Shown in pieces: positions 31,401 through 40,047 of a DNA stretch of 64,000 nucleotides. A program made the position numbers and the translations under genes. Under the pieces are notes generated by a model, which was not told the origin of the DNA, ran no database searches, and saw nothing but the letters and a program-made list of their open reading frames with translations. The number at the start of each line of letters is the position of its first letter. The stretch's first letter is position 1. The stretch comes from Candidatus Hadarchaeales archaeon. Lineage in GTDB: Archaea > Hadarchaeota > Hadarchaeia > Hadarchaeales > WYZ-LMO6. Location of the stretch: positions 32,001 to 96,000 of the forward strand of contig JAWCKR010000001.1 of the NCBI GenBank assembly GCA_038851755.1, given 5' to 3'.

Positions 31401-31800
31401 CGCTCTTTCCGCGGAGGACACATATTTTGGACTTCAGCATCACGGGAATTTCCCCTATCATCACCGTCTGGGGGGGAGACTTCTGTCCCTTGGAGACGAT
31501 GCTCATCTCCAGGTGAAGAGGAGCCAGGTAGCTCATGTTGCGCATCCTGGCGATGTGAGGGGTAACCGTGGGGGGCCTCGAATAGGACCCGTCCGCCTCC
31601 CGGAACCAGGGTTCTCCCACCGTGATCTTGCCGAACTCTACATGGGTCCCCTCTATGTCCAGGTCTATCCCACCCACGTCGTCTATCACCCGCTGGAGGC
31701 CATTATCTATGAAATCGTTGTAAGAGTCCAGGTGCTGCCTGACCAGGCCCCTTTCCTTCAGGAAAGCCTCCACCAGAACCCATCGGTCCCGGAGCACCAA
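28483..31800 (-). CDS. rpoB: RNA polymerase subunit B (Rpo2), unsplit
   Basis: GYFIINGSER, ETPEGPNCGLVK, GDKFASRHGQKG and GGLRFGEMERD all in one 1105-aa ORF. Confidence 0.98.
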   Translation of the reverse strand: MVLRDRWVLVEAFLKERGLVRQHLDSYNDFIDNGLQRVIDDVGGIDLDIEGTHVEFGKITVGEPWFREADGSYSRPPTVTPHIARMRNMSYLAPLHLEMSIVSKGQKSPPQTVMIGEIPVMLKSKICVLRGKSEEELVAMGEDPMDPGGYFIINGSERVIVIQDDLATNSILVERDERLGVEVAKVFSSRRGFRALVVVERKKDGLIRVSFPSVPGQLPLVVVMRALGLVKDKDIVEAVSDDPEIVRELFENLTEGVEIKTEKDALDVIGKRVAIGQVKSYRLQRAQEVLDKYLLPHIGTSPEDRLAKAYFLGSMVERVIELSLGRRGVDDKDHYGNKRLKLSGEMLENIFRVALVNLIKDIKYQLERSHSRGRELNLRTAARADLLTEQIRHTLATGNWPGGRTGVSQLLDRTNYISTLSHLRRIISPLSRSQPHFEARDLHPTHWGKICPSETPEGPNCGLVKNLALTAEISTGDDEGRVEKTLYGIGVFPIRKGGERSGRVAVFLNGRVIGTVEDGEKLANEIRERRRKGELSDQVNVRFKKDTNEVTVWCDPGRVRRPLIVVKDGKPLVTDQHLEMLRSGRMSWSELVRSGVVEYLDADEEENTYVAVNPEELTPEHTHLELHPLAMLGGSASLIPYAEHNQSPRNTYGANMAKQALGVFSVSMHTRTDTHAYFLHYPQRPLVGTKVMDLLGFRERPCGQNLVVAIACYGGYNMEDALIVNRDSIDRGLGRSTSFTIYEAEEGRYSGGQRDKFEIPSEEVRGYSDISHYASLGEEGIVEPESRLVVEDVVIGRTSPPRFFEETDEFGVKMEVGRRESSIRVKPGEEGIADMVYLVMTAEGNRAARVRVRSLRIPEVGDKFASRHGQKGVVGLVMDGADMPFTESGIVPDLIINPHAIPSRMSIGQLLEMVAGKAGALVGKEVDGTTFEGEPEERIREMLKERGFHPVGKEVMYNGMTGEMIPAEIFIGVCYYQKLHHMAADKVHVRSRGPVQVLTHQPTEGKAREGGLRFGEMERDCLIGYGAARLLRDRLLESSDKFDALVCGRCGHFAVYDRRRGRTYCPFCEEESEIYTVEMPYAFKLMLDELRSLCLDARIRLRDKA

Positions 31801-31804
31801 CCCC

Positions 31805-32047
31805 CTATCCCTCCACCACGTATCTGTACGCCACCGTTCTCCCTGCCGTGAAGCTCTCCCTCTTGATCTCCACGATATCCCCGGGCTTCGCCCCTATGAC
31901 CCTCGCCACCGGGTCTGAACTCTTCAGCAGGGGAAGCTGATGGGGCCTCACCCTGTACCTCTTCAGGACCTCTTCCCCCTCCTCCTTTGACAGTACTCTA
32001 TGCTCAGGCACCAGCGCGTGCCCCCGGGGATCGAACTCCTCACTCAT
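31805..32047 (-). CDS. rpoH: RNA polymerase subunit H (Rpo5)
   Basis: [31 protein letters not shown]. Confidence 0.95.
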   Translation of the reverse strand: MSEEFDPRGHALVPEHRVLSKEEGEEVLKRYRVRPHQLPLLKSSDPVARVIGAKPGDIVEIKRESFTAGRTVAYRYVVEG

Positions 32048-32060
32048 CCTCCCGCCCATA

Positions 32061-32135
32061 CGGGCCTGGTGGGATTCGAACCCACGACTCCCGGCTTAAA
32101 AGGCCGGTGCGCTAGCCAGACTGCGCTACAGGCCC
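32061..32135 (-). tRNA. tRNA-Lys(TTT)
   Basis: GGGCCTG acceptor stem, anticodon arm CCGGC-CTTTTAA-GCCGG, T-loop TTCGAAT. Confidence 0.95.
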
Positions 32136-32158
32136 AACTAACGGAGGGGTCGAAACTA

Positions 32159-32169
32159 CTTATATTTAT
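32159..32169 (-). promoter_or_regulatory. TATA-like promoter for tRNA-Lys and probably the rpo operon
   Basis: AT-rich ATAAATATAAG on the minus strand about 25 nt upstream of the tRNA 5' end, in otherwise GC-rich DNA. Confidence 0.6.
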
Positions 32170-32236
32170 CTCTTTCGGATAAGGGCCTGACGTGCCGATT
32201 TCCCGGACTTTGACTCCTCCGGGGACCCCCAAGAGC

Positions 32237-33718
32237 TCACTCGGCTTCGTATACCCTCCCCTTCTCCACCTCTCCCCTCTCGAACCTCTCCCTCATCTCG
32301 TCCGCTATCTTCTGCGCCAGGGGGGTGGGGTATTTCCCCGTGAGGCAGCCGAGACAGAGTTCCTCCCTCTTCATCCCCGTTGCCCTCACGAAGCCCTCCA
32401 GGGACTGATAGTGAACGGAGTCCGCCCCTATCAGGCGGGCTATCTCCTCCTCCCGGTGGGTGGAGCCTATCAGCTCCCCGAAGGTGGCCATATCTATGCC
32501 ATAAAAGCAGGGGGAAAGGATGCGCGGAAAGGTGAAGTACATGTGGACCTCCGCGGCCCCGGCCATCCTGAGCTTCCTTATCACCCTCCTGGAGGTGTCA
32601 CCCCTCACTATCGAGTCCTCCACCACCGCTATCCTCTTTCCCTTGAGGCTCTCCGTGACGTTGATCTTCTTGGAAATGATCTTCTCCCTCTCCTCGGAAC
32701 TCGAGATGAAGGCCCGGTCCACCACATACCTGTGCCTCCTCACTCCCCTTTCCCAGGGTATGCCCGTGACCTCGTGCATTCCATAAGCCGCATCGTCACC
32801 CGTGGAGGGTATGGAGACTATCGCATCCACCCTTCTCTCGAGCTCCGGGTCTTCTCTGGCCAGGTTCCTCCCGAACTCCTCCCTCACCTTATAAACTGGC
32901 CTGCCATCGTGGAGCACGGAGTCGGGCCTGGCGAAGTAGGCGAACTCGAAGCTGCAGAAGGCCCTCCTCTCCCCCTCCACTATCTTCTCCCTCCTGGCCC
33001 CCTGCCCGGACCATATCAGCAGCTCCCCAGGCTGGACCTCCGCCTCGTACCTGAACTCGTTTATGTCCAACCCCACGCTCTCGGAAGAAACAGCGAAGGT
33101 CTGGTTGTCCGGGCTGCAGCCGTAGCACAGTGGCTTTATCCCCAGCGGGTCCCGGAAGGCGAAGAGCTCCCCCCTCTGTGTGATGCCCACCACGGAGAAG
33201 GCCCCTTCCACTTCCCTCATACAGCCTTCCACCGCCGAAACCAAGTCGGAGTTCTTCAACCCCTTAAGCAGCTTCCTGGAGAGAAGCTCTATGTCGGAGG
33301 AGGAGCAGGAGGGACCCCTCGTCTTCCCCCTCAGCTCCGCCCTGAGTTCCTTCACATTCACCAGATTTCCATTGAAGGCCAAAGCCACCCTCTCCTCCCC
33401 CCCCATCACAAAGGGCTGTATGTCCCTGAGGAGCCAGTATCTGGTGCTCCTTCCGGAGGTGGCGTACCTCACGTGCCCCATCCCCACGTGGCTCTTGAAA
33501 GCCCGGAAAAGCCTTCTCACCACGGGATGCCTCACGGGTGGGAGCAGGCCGAGGGAGCGGTGGGTGAAGAAGTCCCCCTCCCTGAACTCCGCGAACCCGT
33601 GAGAGTGATGTCCCCGATGGTTCTGGGAGATTAAACCCCAGTACACGTAGGGGAAGACCCCCTTGCCCTCAAAATCGAAAGCACCGAAGACCCCGCAGGA
33701 CTCTCCAGAAACTTCCAC
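32237..33718 (-). CDS. purF: Amidophosphoribosyltransferase
   Basis: Short propeptide then CGVFG; GHVRYAT, RDPLGIKPL, FEFAYFARPDS, DSIVRG, Fe-S Cys motifs PCFYG and CLGC. Confidence 0.93.
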   Translation of the reverse strand: MEVSGESCGVFGAFDFEGKGVFPYVYWGLISQNHRGHHSHGFAEFREGDFFTHRSLGLLPPVRHPVVRRLFRAFKSHVGMGHVRYATSGRSTRYWLLRDIQPFVMGGEERVALAFNGNLVNVKELRAELRGKTRGPSCSSSDIELLSRKLLKGLKNSDLVSAVEGCMREVEGAFSVVGITQRGELFAFRDPLGIKPLCYGCSPDNQTFAVSSESVGLDINEFRYEAEVQPGELLIWSGQGARREKIVEGERRAFCSFEFAYFARPDSVLHDGRPVYKVREEFGRNLAREDPELERRVDAIVSIPSTGDDAAYGMHEVTGIPWERGVRRHRYVVDRAFISSSEEREKIISKKINVTESLKGKRIAVVEDSIVRGDTSRRVIRKLRMAGAAEVHMYFTFPRILSPCFYGIDMATFGELIGSTHREEEIARLIGADSVHYQSLEGFVRATGMKREELCLGCLTGKYPTPLAQKIADEMRERFERGEVEKGRVYEAE

Positions 33719-33749
33719 TCCCCCACCAGAGGGGGTTGGAGGTCCTCCC

Positions 33750-34592
33750 TTAAAATTTCTTTCCCGTAACTCTCTCGTAGCACTCGACGTACTTCTTGGA
33801 GGTCTGGAGAACGACCTCGGGAGGGAGGCGGGGGGCTGGGGGCTTCTTGTCCCATCCCACGCTGATCAGGTAATCCCTCACGTACTGCTTGTCGAAGCTC
33901 GGGGGGTCCTTCCCCTCCTGGTACCCCTCCAAAGGCCAGAAGCGGGAGGAGTCCGGGGTTAGAACCTCATCTATCAGGAGAAGCTCCCCACGGCTGGAGC
34001 CGAACTCGAACTTGGTGTCGGCTATCAGAACTCCCCTCTTCTCGGCCAAGGAAAAGGCCCTCTCGTAAAGGGAAAGGGAGAGCTCCCTGATCTCCTCCGC
34101 CACTTTCCTTCCCAGTCTCTCCACCACCTCCTCCCACCGCACCTCCCTGTCGTGCCCGCTCTCCTCCTTGGTGGTGGGGGTGAGAAGGGGCTCCGGCAGC
34201 CTGGAGGCCTTCTTGAGGCCTGGAGGCAAATGAACCCCGCACACGCTCTTGCCAGCCGCATAGCTCTCCCAGGCTGACCCGTACAGGAAGCCCCTGACGA
34301 TGAACTCGAAGGGGAAAGGGGAGGCCTTCCTCACCAGCATGCTCCTTCCGTCCACCGCCTCCACGAAGTGGCTCGGAACATCACTGAAGAGGTTGAACCA
34401 GAAAACGGAGAGCCTGTTCAGGGCCTCACCCTTGTGGGGAATGCCGTTCGGGAGCACCACATCGAAGGCCGAAATCCTGTCGGTGGAAACCACGAGGAGG
34501 TTTTCCCCCAGCTCGTAAATGTCCCTGACCTTCCCCCTCTTGTAGAGTTTGAGGGGAAGCTCCGATTGTAAGAGGGGCTCCTCTACCTCCAT
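33750..34592 (-). CDS. purC: SAICAR synthetase
   Basis: GKVRDIY, TDRISAFD, ADTKFEFG, TPDSSRFW, DKQYVRD. Confidence 0.95.
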   Translation of the reverse strand: MEVEEPLLQSELPLKLYKRGKVRDIYELGENLLVVSTDRISAFDVVLPNGIPHKGEALNRLSVFWFNLFSDVPSHFVEAVDGRSMLVRKASPFPFEFIVRGFLYGSAWESYAAGKSVCGVHLPPGLKKASRLPEPLLTPTTKEESGHDREVRWEEVVERLGRKVAEEIRELSLSLYERAFSLAEKRGVLIADTKFEFGSSRGELLLIDEVLTPDSSRFWPLEGYQEGKDPPSFDKQYVRDYLISVGWDKKPPAPRLPPEVVLQTSKKYVECYERVTGKKF

Positions 34593-35062
34593 CCTCTCAC
34601 AGCAGATTCGTCCGCGGAGAGGACTTCTTCCCTCCTCCTCCTCTGCCAGGAAGAGAGCTTCTCCGCCAGTCCTCTGTCCAACAGGGAGAGGATTTTGGCG
34701 GCTGCCAGGGCCGCCCCCTCCGGGTCCATCACCACCAGGGGGGCCACACCCTTGGGCATGCGCAGGGAGGAGAAGATGTCAAGGGGAAAGCTCTCCACCT
34801 TCACGGGGCAGGCTATCACGGGATGTCTCACCTGTGCGTCCACCATCCCGGAGAGAGCGTTGGACCTTCCCGCGAACGTGAGGTAGACCAGCTCCTCCCC
34901 GCTGCGCTCGTATTCCTCCAGCATCCGCAGGAGCCTATCGGGGGTCTTGTGGGCGGAGGCCACCCGCTCCTCGAACCTCACCCCAAGCTCCCTCAGGAGG
35001 GCCCTGGCGGGCTCCGCGAACTCCACATCCGCCCTGGACCCGTAGAGGACTACGACCTTCAC
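34583..35062 (-). CDS. purE: AIR carboxylase / N5-CAIR mutase
   Basis: GSRAD, SAHKTP, AGRSNALSG, PVIACP, SSLRMPKG. Confidence 0.9.
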   Translation of the reverse strand: MKVVVLYGSRADVEFAEPARALLRELGVRFEERVASAHKTPDRLLRMLEEYERSGEELVYLTFAGRSNALSGMVDAQVRHPVIACPVKVESFPLDIFSSLRMPKGVAPLVVMDPEGAALAAAKILSLLDRGLAEKLSSWQRRRREEVLSADESAVRGWR

Positions 35063-35099
35063 TGCACCCGGGAGAGGGTCGGTGGGGAAGTTTTTAATC

Positions 35100-35495
35100 C
35101 TACCGCCCTCGTCCAGCTTTCGACTCCCGGCGGCCCATCGCTTCTTCCACGGCCTTCTTGATCATCCTCTTGGGTGGATAGGGGTAGTGCCTCCCCCCGT
35201 AGAAGTAAACCCTGCACCCGAGCTTGCACTCCCTTCGAACGAAATGACCAGCGCTCTCGGCAAGCTCCTCGCAAGAAGGGCACCTCCCCTTCGTGACCTC
35301 CTCTTGAACATCCCTACCATCCACCAGCACGGTGGGCGAACCCAAAAACCCGTGCTCCTTGGCCTTTTCCTCCGTGTCTATCAGTATTTCTTCCACCTCC
35401 GCTTTTACCCCCAGTTCTCTCAGGACCTCTCTGACCACCTCCTTGGTCTTCAGGCACCATGGGCAGTCCAATATGTACAGAATCTGAATCTTCAC
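35100..35495 (-). CDS. Thioredoxin-fold protein (CPWC) with extra Cys motifs, DUF2703-like
   Basis: ILYILDCPWC, GFLGSPTVLVDGRDV, CPSC, ECKLGCRVY. GTG start inferred. Confidence 0.7.
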   Translation of the reverse strand: MKIQILYILDCPWCLKTKEVVREVLRELGVKAEVEEILIDTEEKAKEHGFLGSPTVLVDGRDVQEEVTKGRCPSCEELAESAGHFVRRECKLGCRVYFYGGRHYPYPPKRMIKKAVEEAMGRRESKAGRGR

Positions 35496-35509
35496 CTTCT
35501 TTCCCTCGA

Positions 35510-36301
35510 TTATCTCCTTAAATTCTCCACTATGGAAGAGAAGATCTTTCTCCCGTCGCCCCACTCGGGAGGAGAATCACCCCCCGTCCAGTCGGGAAGC
35601 TGCCAGCCGAAGACCGCCCTCTCCGGATGGGGCATCAGGCCCATGATCCTGCCCGTGGAGTCGCATATGCCTGCAATATCGAAGAAGGACCCGTTGGGGT
35701 TCACCGGGTACCTCCCGCCCGCTGGCCTCCCCCTCCGGTCGCAGTACCTGAAGACCAGCTGATCCTTCTCACGGAGCTTCCTCAGGTACTCCTTCTCCCT
35801 GCCCGCCGGGAAAAGGAACTTCCCCTCCGCATGCGCCACGGGCATCCTCACCACCTCCCCCTTCCTCATCCCCCTCGTGAAGAGGCACTTCCCGCCGTTC
35901 TCCACCCTCAGATATGTCCACCTGCACTCGAACTTCGCCGAGTTGTTGAGGGCAAGGGCCGCCTGCACCTCCCCCCACTTGAAGCCTGGCAGGAGACCCG
36001 CCTCCACCAGCACCTGAAAGCCGTTGCAGATCCCCAGGATGGCCCCTCCTCCCTCCACGAACTCCCTAAGGACGGGGAGCATCCTCCCGGCAAGCTCCTT
36101 GCCCATGATCGCACCTGCCCTCACCCTGTCCCCGAAGGAGAAGCCACCGGGAATCACCAGCACGTCGTATCCCCTCAGTCCCTCCTCCAGCATCCTCCTG
36201 AAGTGGACCAGCTCCACCTCCGCACCAGCCTCCTCCAGAGCAACCTTCGTCTCGCCGTCGCAGTTGGTCCCGCCCGCCCTCACGACACAGGCCCTCACCA
36301 C
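35510..36301 (-). CDS. purQ: FGAM synthase glutaminase subunit
   Basis: GTNCD, PGGFSFGD, GICNGFQVL, AHAEG, NPNGS, MPHPER. Confidence 0.95.
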   Translation of the reverse strand: MVRACVVRAGGTNCDGETKVALEEAGAEVELVHFRRMLEEGLRGYDVLVIPGGFSFGDRVRAGAIMGKELAGRMLPVLREFVEGGGAILGICNGFQVLVEAGLLPGFKWGEVQAALALNNSAKFECRWTYLRVENGGKCLFTRGMRKGEVVRMPVAHAEGKFLFPAGREKEYLRKLREKDQLVFRYCDRRGRPAGGRYPVNPNGSFFDIAGICDSTGRIMGLMPHPERAVFGWQLPDWTGGDSPPEWGDGRKIFSSIVENLRR

Positions 36302-38646
36302 GCCGGATTCCTCCAGGCCTTCCTCAGCTCCTCCGCCCCCACCGTCCACCCACCTCCCTTCCCCCTGAACCTCAGTACCCCTTCCCCCACCACGTGCCCT
36401 ATCCTCGCAGCTCTCCCCCCCGTCATCTCCCTGAACTCCTCCTCCCTTTCCTCCCTCACCTCCAGCAGGAACCTGCTGTTGGACTCCGAGAAGAGGAGGA
36501 AGTCCTCTCTGAGCCTGCCCTCGGAGGGGACCAGCGAAAGGTCCACCTCCGCCCCCACTTCCCCCCCCAGCACCATTTCGGCCAGGGCTACCCCCAGCCC
36601 ACCCTCGGAGAGGTCGTGACACGCCCTCACCAGTTCTCTCCCCACGGCCTCCTCCACCACCTCCAGGTTCCTTCTGGCCTCCCCCAGTCTCACCCTGGGC
36701 ACGCTCCTTCCGAGGTAACCGAACAGGGCATAGTACTCAGAACCACCCAGCTCCGGGAAGGTGGTTCCCACTAGGTAGAGGGGATCCCCCTCCCTCTTCA
36801 GCTCCACGGAAACGGCTCTTCTCACCTCCGGTATCACACCCACTGCCGTGATCAGGAGGGTGGGGGTCACAGGACCCAGCGGTGACTCGTTGTACAGGCT
36901 GTCCTTTCCCGAGATGAAGGGGGTACCCAGCCCCTTAGCGAAGCGGTAGCAGGCCTCGCAGGCCCTGACGAGCGAACCGAGCTGCTCCTCCTTCTCGGGG
37001 CTCCCCCACACGAAGTTGTCCAGCAGGGCTATCCTCCTGCCCCCCACGGCCACGTTGTTCCTCACCGCCTCCTCCAGGCTCGAAGCGGCCATCCAGTAAG
37101 GATCTATCTTCCCGTACCTGGGCTTCAGCCCGCAGGAGAGCACCACCCCCTTCTCCGAACCCCTGAGGGGTTTCAGGACCACCCCATCGTTGGGTCCCCC
37201 ATGCTCCCCCTGCAGGGGCTTCAGAGCGGTGGCCCCCTGGACCTCGTGGTCGTAGGTCCTGATCACTTCCTCCCTGCTGCAGAGGTTGGGGGAGGAGAGG
37301 AGCCTGAGAAGGGCCTTCCTGGGCTCCGGAGGAGAAAAGCTCGGCTCCTCCAGGGGAGGTGCCCTCCACCTGGCCCTCCTCTCCACCAGCGGAGGAGAGA
37401 AGAGGAAGTCCAGATCAAGCTCGGCCACCCTGTGCCCGCGGTAAAAAACCCTGAGCGGGCCCTTCGTGAACCTTCCGATGGGGGTGGCCTCCACTTCCTC
37501 TTCCTCGAAGATCCTCACCACCTCCTCCACGTTCTCGGGAGGGACGCTCAGGGCCATCCTCTCCTGGGACTCCGAGACCCAGATCTCCCAGGGTTTCATG
37601 CCTGGGTACTTCAGCGGAACCTTCTCCAACCAAACCTCCACCCCGCAGCCGGCCTCCCTCGCCATCTCCCCGCTGGCGCAGGAAATCCCTCCTCCGCCCA
37701 GGTCGGTTACGGAGCTGGCCAGGCCCCTCTCCGCTATCTCCAGGATCCCCCTCTTGAGTTTTTCCTCTTCTATGGGGTCGGGGATCTGAACGGCCGGCCT
37801 GGAGACTTCCTCCGATTCCTCGGAGAGCTCCAGGGAAGCAAAGGTGACCCCGTGGATGCCGTCCCTGCCCGTCCTTCCTCCCGCCAGGACCAGCAGGTCC
37901 CCAGGCCTCGTCCTCTTCACGTAGCTCCTGAGGGGGAGAAGCCCCACGCACCCGCAGTAGACCACGGGATTGCCCACATAGCTCTCGTCGAAGTATATGG
38001 CCCCCGCCACGGTGGGGATGCCCATGTTGTTGCCGTAAGCCCCTATCCCTGCCACCACCCCCCGGTAGATGTAACGAGGATGCTTGATTCCGGCGGGAAG
38101 CCGCTCGTGGGGGAAGCTGAGGGGCCCGAAGCCAAGCACGTCCAGGCAGGCTATGGGCTTCGCCCACACGCCCAGGATGTCCCTGATCACGCCCCCCACC
38201 CCGGTGGCCGCCCCACCGAAGGGCTCGATGGCCGAGGGATGATTGTGGGTCTCCACCTTAACGGCGAGGGCGTACCCGTCCTCGAACTCCACGATGCCCG
38301 CGTTATCCTTGAAGGTGGAGATGCACCAGGGGAGAGAAAGCTCTTCAGTGACACGGCTTATGAAATCCCTGAAGAGCCTGACCCTTTTCCCCCCCATCCT
38401 CACCACCCCCTTGAAGGTCTTGTGGAAGCAGTGCTCCGACCAAGTCTGGGCGATCCCCTGCAGCTCCACATCGGTGGGGTCCCTGCCTCTCCTGGAGAAG
38501 TACCCGCGGCACTCCTCCATCTCCCTCAGGCTCATGGCCAGGCCCATCTCCCTGCTTATCCTGGAGAGGTCCTCCCTGCCCGCCTCCCGCAACCCTATCT
38601 CATAAACCTCGAAGGGGAGCGGGAGCCTCCTGTAAAGCTCGCTCAA
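36295..38646 (-). CDS. purL: FGAM synthase subunit PurL
   Basis: QTWSEHC, KVETHNHPS, GRDGIHG, SESQERM, SGKDSLYN, HDLSEGG. Confidence 0.96.
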   Translation of the reverse strand: MSELYRRLPLPFEVYEIGLREAGREDLSRISREMGLAMSLREMEECRGYFSRRGRDPTDVELQGIAQTWSEHCFHKTFKGVVRMGGKRVRLFRDFISRVTEELSLPWCISTFKDNAGIVEFEDGYALAVKVETHNHPSAIEPFGGAATGVGGVIRDILGVWAKPIACLDVLGFGPLSFPHERLPAGIKHPRYIYRGVVAGIGAYGNNMGIPTVAGAIYFDESYVGNPVVYCGCVGLLPLRSYVKRTRPGDLLVLAGGRTGRDGIHGVTFASLELSEESEEVSRPAVQIPDPIEEEKLKRGILEIAERGLASSVTDLGGGGISCASGEMAREAGCGVEVWLEKVPLKYPGMKPWEIWVSESQERMALSVPPENVEEVVRIFEEEEVEATPIGRFTKGPLRVFYRGHRVAELDLDFLFSPPLVERRARWRAPPLEEPSFSPPEPRKALLRLLSSPNLCSREEVIRTYDHEVQGATALKPLQGEHGGPNDGVVLKPLRGSEKGVVLSCGLKPRYGKIDPYWMAASSLEEAVRNNVAVGGRRIALLDNFVWGSPEKEEQLGSLVRACEACYRFAKGLGTPFISGKDSLYNESPLGPVTPTLLITAVGVIPEVRRAVSVELKREGDPLYLVGTTFPELGGSEYYALFGYLGRSVPRVRLGEARRNLEVVEEAVGRELVRACHDLSEGGLGVALAEMVLGGEVGAEVDLSLVPSEGRLREDFLLFSESNSRFLLEVREEREEEFREMTGGRAARIGHVVGEGVLRFRGKGGGWTVGAEELRKAWRNPAW

Positions 38647-38650
38647 CCCC

Positions 38651-38905
38651 TCACCTTCCCAGCTTCCTGACCTCGAAGGAGTAGTCGTCCTTCACCGGGT
38701 TGGAGAGGAGCCTCCTGCACATCTCCTCCGTGAGCTTCCTGGCCTCCTGGAGGCTGGAGGCGGTGAACTCTATCTCGTATACCTTCACCACCCCCACGCG
38801 GTGGACCCTGTACCTGAGGTCCTGCAGAGCCTCCTTGGTGCTCTCCCCCTCCGGGTCCAGGTAGCCTGGCTTCAACCTCACCTCCACCCTGCTCAGATAT
38901 TTCAT
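38651..38905 (-). CDS. purS: FGAM synthase subunit PurS
   Basis: LKPGYLDPEG, LLSNPV. Confidence 0.92.
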   Translation of the reverse strand: MKYLSRVEVRLKPGYLDPEGESTKEALQDLRYRVHRVGVVKVYEIEFTASSLQEARKLTEEMCRRLLSNPVKDDYSFEVRKLGR

Positions 38906-40047
38906 GCCCTCCACCCGTACTCGAACTTTCCGGTTCCGCTCTTTATGATCACCCGGTTCCCCCCCTTTCCCCTTTCGCACCTCCCTATCACCCCTGCCTC
39001 CAGCTTAAATCCCTCCGAAACCCTCACCACCTCCTCCACGTCCTCCGGGTCCACCACCAGCTCAAAACCCACCCCCATGTTGAACACCTCGTACATCTCC
39101 CTCCACTCCACCCTCCCCTCCCTCTGCACGAGGAGGAAGATGGGATCGGGCTCGGGCAACCGGTCCTTCACATAAACGAGGTTCTTCCCCACCCTCAAAC
39201 TCTTGGTGAGGCCTCCTCCCGTGTTGTGCACCATGAGCTTCACCCCTTCCCCCACCCTCTTGAGGATCCTCAGAACTACGGGAGCGAAGACGCGGGTGGG
39301 TGAGAGGATGGCCTCCCCCACCGTCATGCCCAGCTCGTCCAGATAATCGTCGAACCTGAACCTGCCCCGGTAACCCCCCCTGTCCACGAGCTCGGGATAC
39401 CTCCGGGTGTACTCCCCCCTCATGAGCACGTGCCTGGCGAGGGTGATGCCGTTGCACATCATGCCGCTGTTTTCCCTCTTCTCGTACCTCGTCCTCCCTC
39501 CGCTCCTGAGGCCCACGATCAAATCTCCCGCTTTCACCCTCTCCCCCTTCCTCACCTCCGACAACCTCACTCTGGCCGCCAGGACACCGGCGAGGTCCAG
39601 CGTCCTCACCTGATCGGGAAGATCCGCCGTCTCCCCGCCCAGGAAAGGTATCTCCAGCCCCAGGGCCTCCAGCTCCTTGAGGGCCCTCCGGAAGCCGGAA
39701 ACCAGGTGGAAGAGGAGCTCGCGCTTGGGGAGGAGGCGGGGGTTGAGGGTGAGGTAGTCCGCGAAGGCGAGGGGGTGGAAGGGACCCACGCAGACCACGT
39801 CGTCCACGTTCATGGCCAGGACATCCTGGGCCAGCCCCTCGAACCAGGACGGGTCCCCGGTCTCCCTCCAGTGGAGGTAGCTCTGCTGGGGCTTGCTCCC
39901 CGCCCCATCAGCATGCAGGATCAGCCCCGTCTCCCTTCCCTCCCTCCCCACCGGGCAGAAGGGTACCAAATCCGCGTCCAGGAGGGAGAGGAAGAGTTCC
40001 GTTCCCTCCTTCTTCGCGTCCACTCCTAGGGAACGGTAGAGGCTCAA
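38902..40047 (-). CDS. purM: AIR synthetase
   Basis: YRSLGVD, HADGAGSK, AMNVDD, GGETAD, HNTGGG, VFNMGVG. Confidence 0.92.
   Translation of the reverse strand: MSLYRSLGVDAKKEGTELFLSLLDADLVPFCPVGREGRETGLILHADGAGSKPQQSYLHWRETGDPSWFEGLAQDVLAMNVDDVVCVGPFHPLAFADYLTLNPRLLPKRELLFHLVSGFRRALKELEALGLEIPFLGGETADLPDQVRTLDLAGVLAARVRLSEVRKGERVKAGDLIVGLRSGGRTRYEKRENSGMMCNGITLARHVLMRGEYTRRYPELVDRGGYRGRFRFDDYLDELGMTVGEAILSPTRVFAPVVLRILKRVGEGVKLMVHNTGGGLTKSLRVGKNLVYVKDRLPEPDPIFLLVQREGRVEWREMYEVFNMGVGFELVVDPEDVEEVVRVSEGFKLEAGVIGRCERGKGGNRVIIKSGTGKFEYGWRA

Noticed and set aside
32170-32236. Small hairpins between purF and the tRNA-Lys promoter as a possible C/D sRNA
   Set aside because: No RUGAUGA C box paired with a CUGA D box, and the stems are short.
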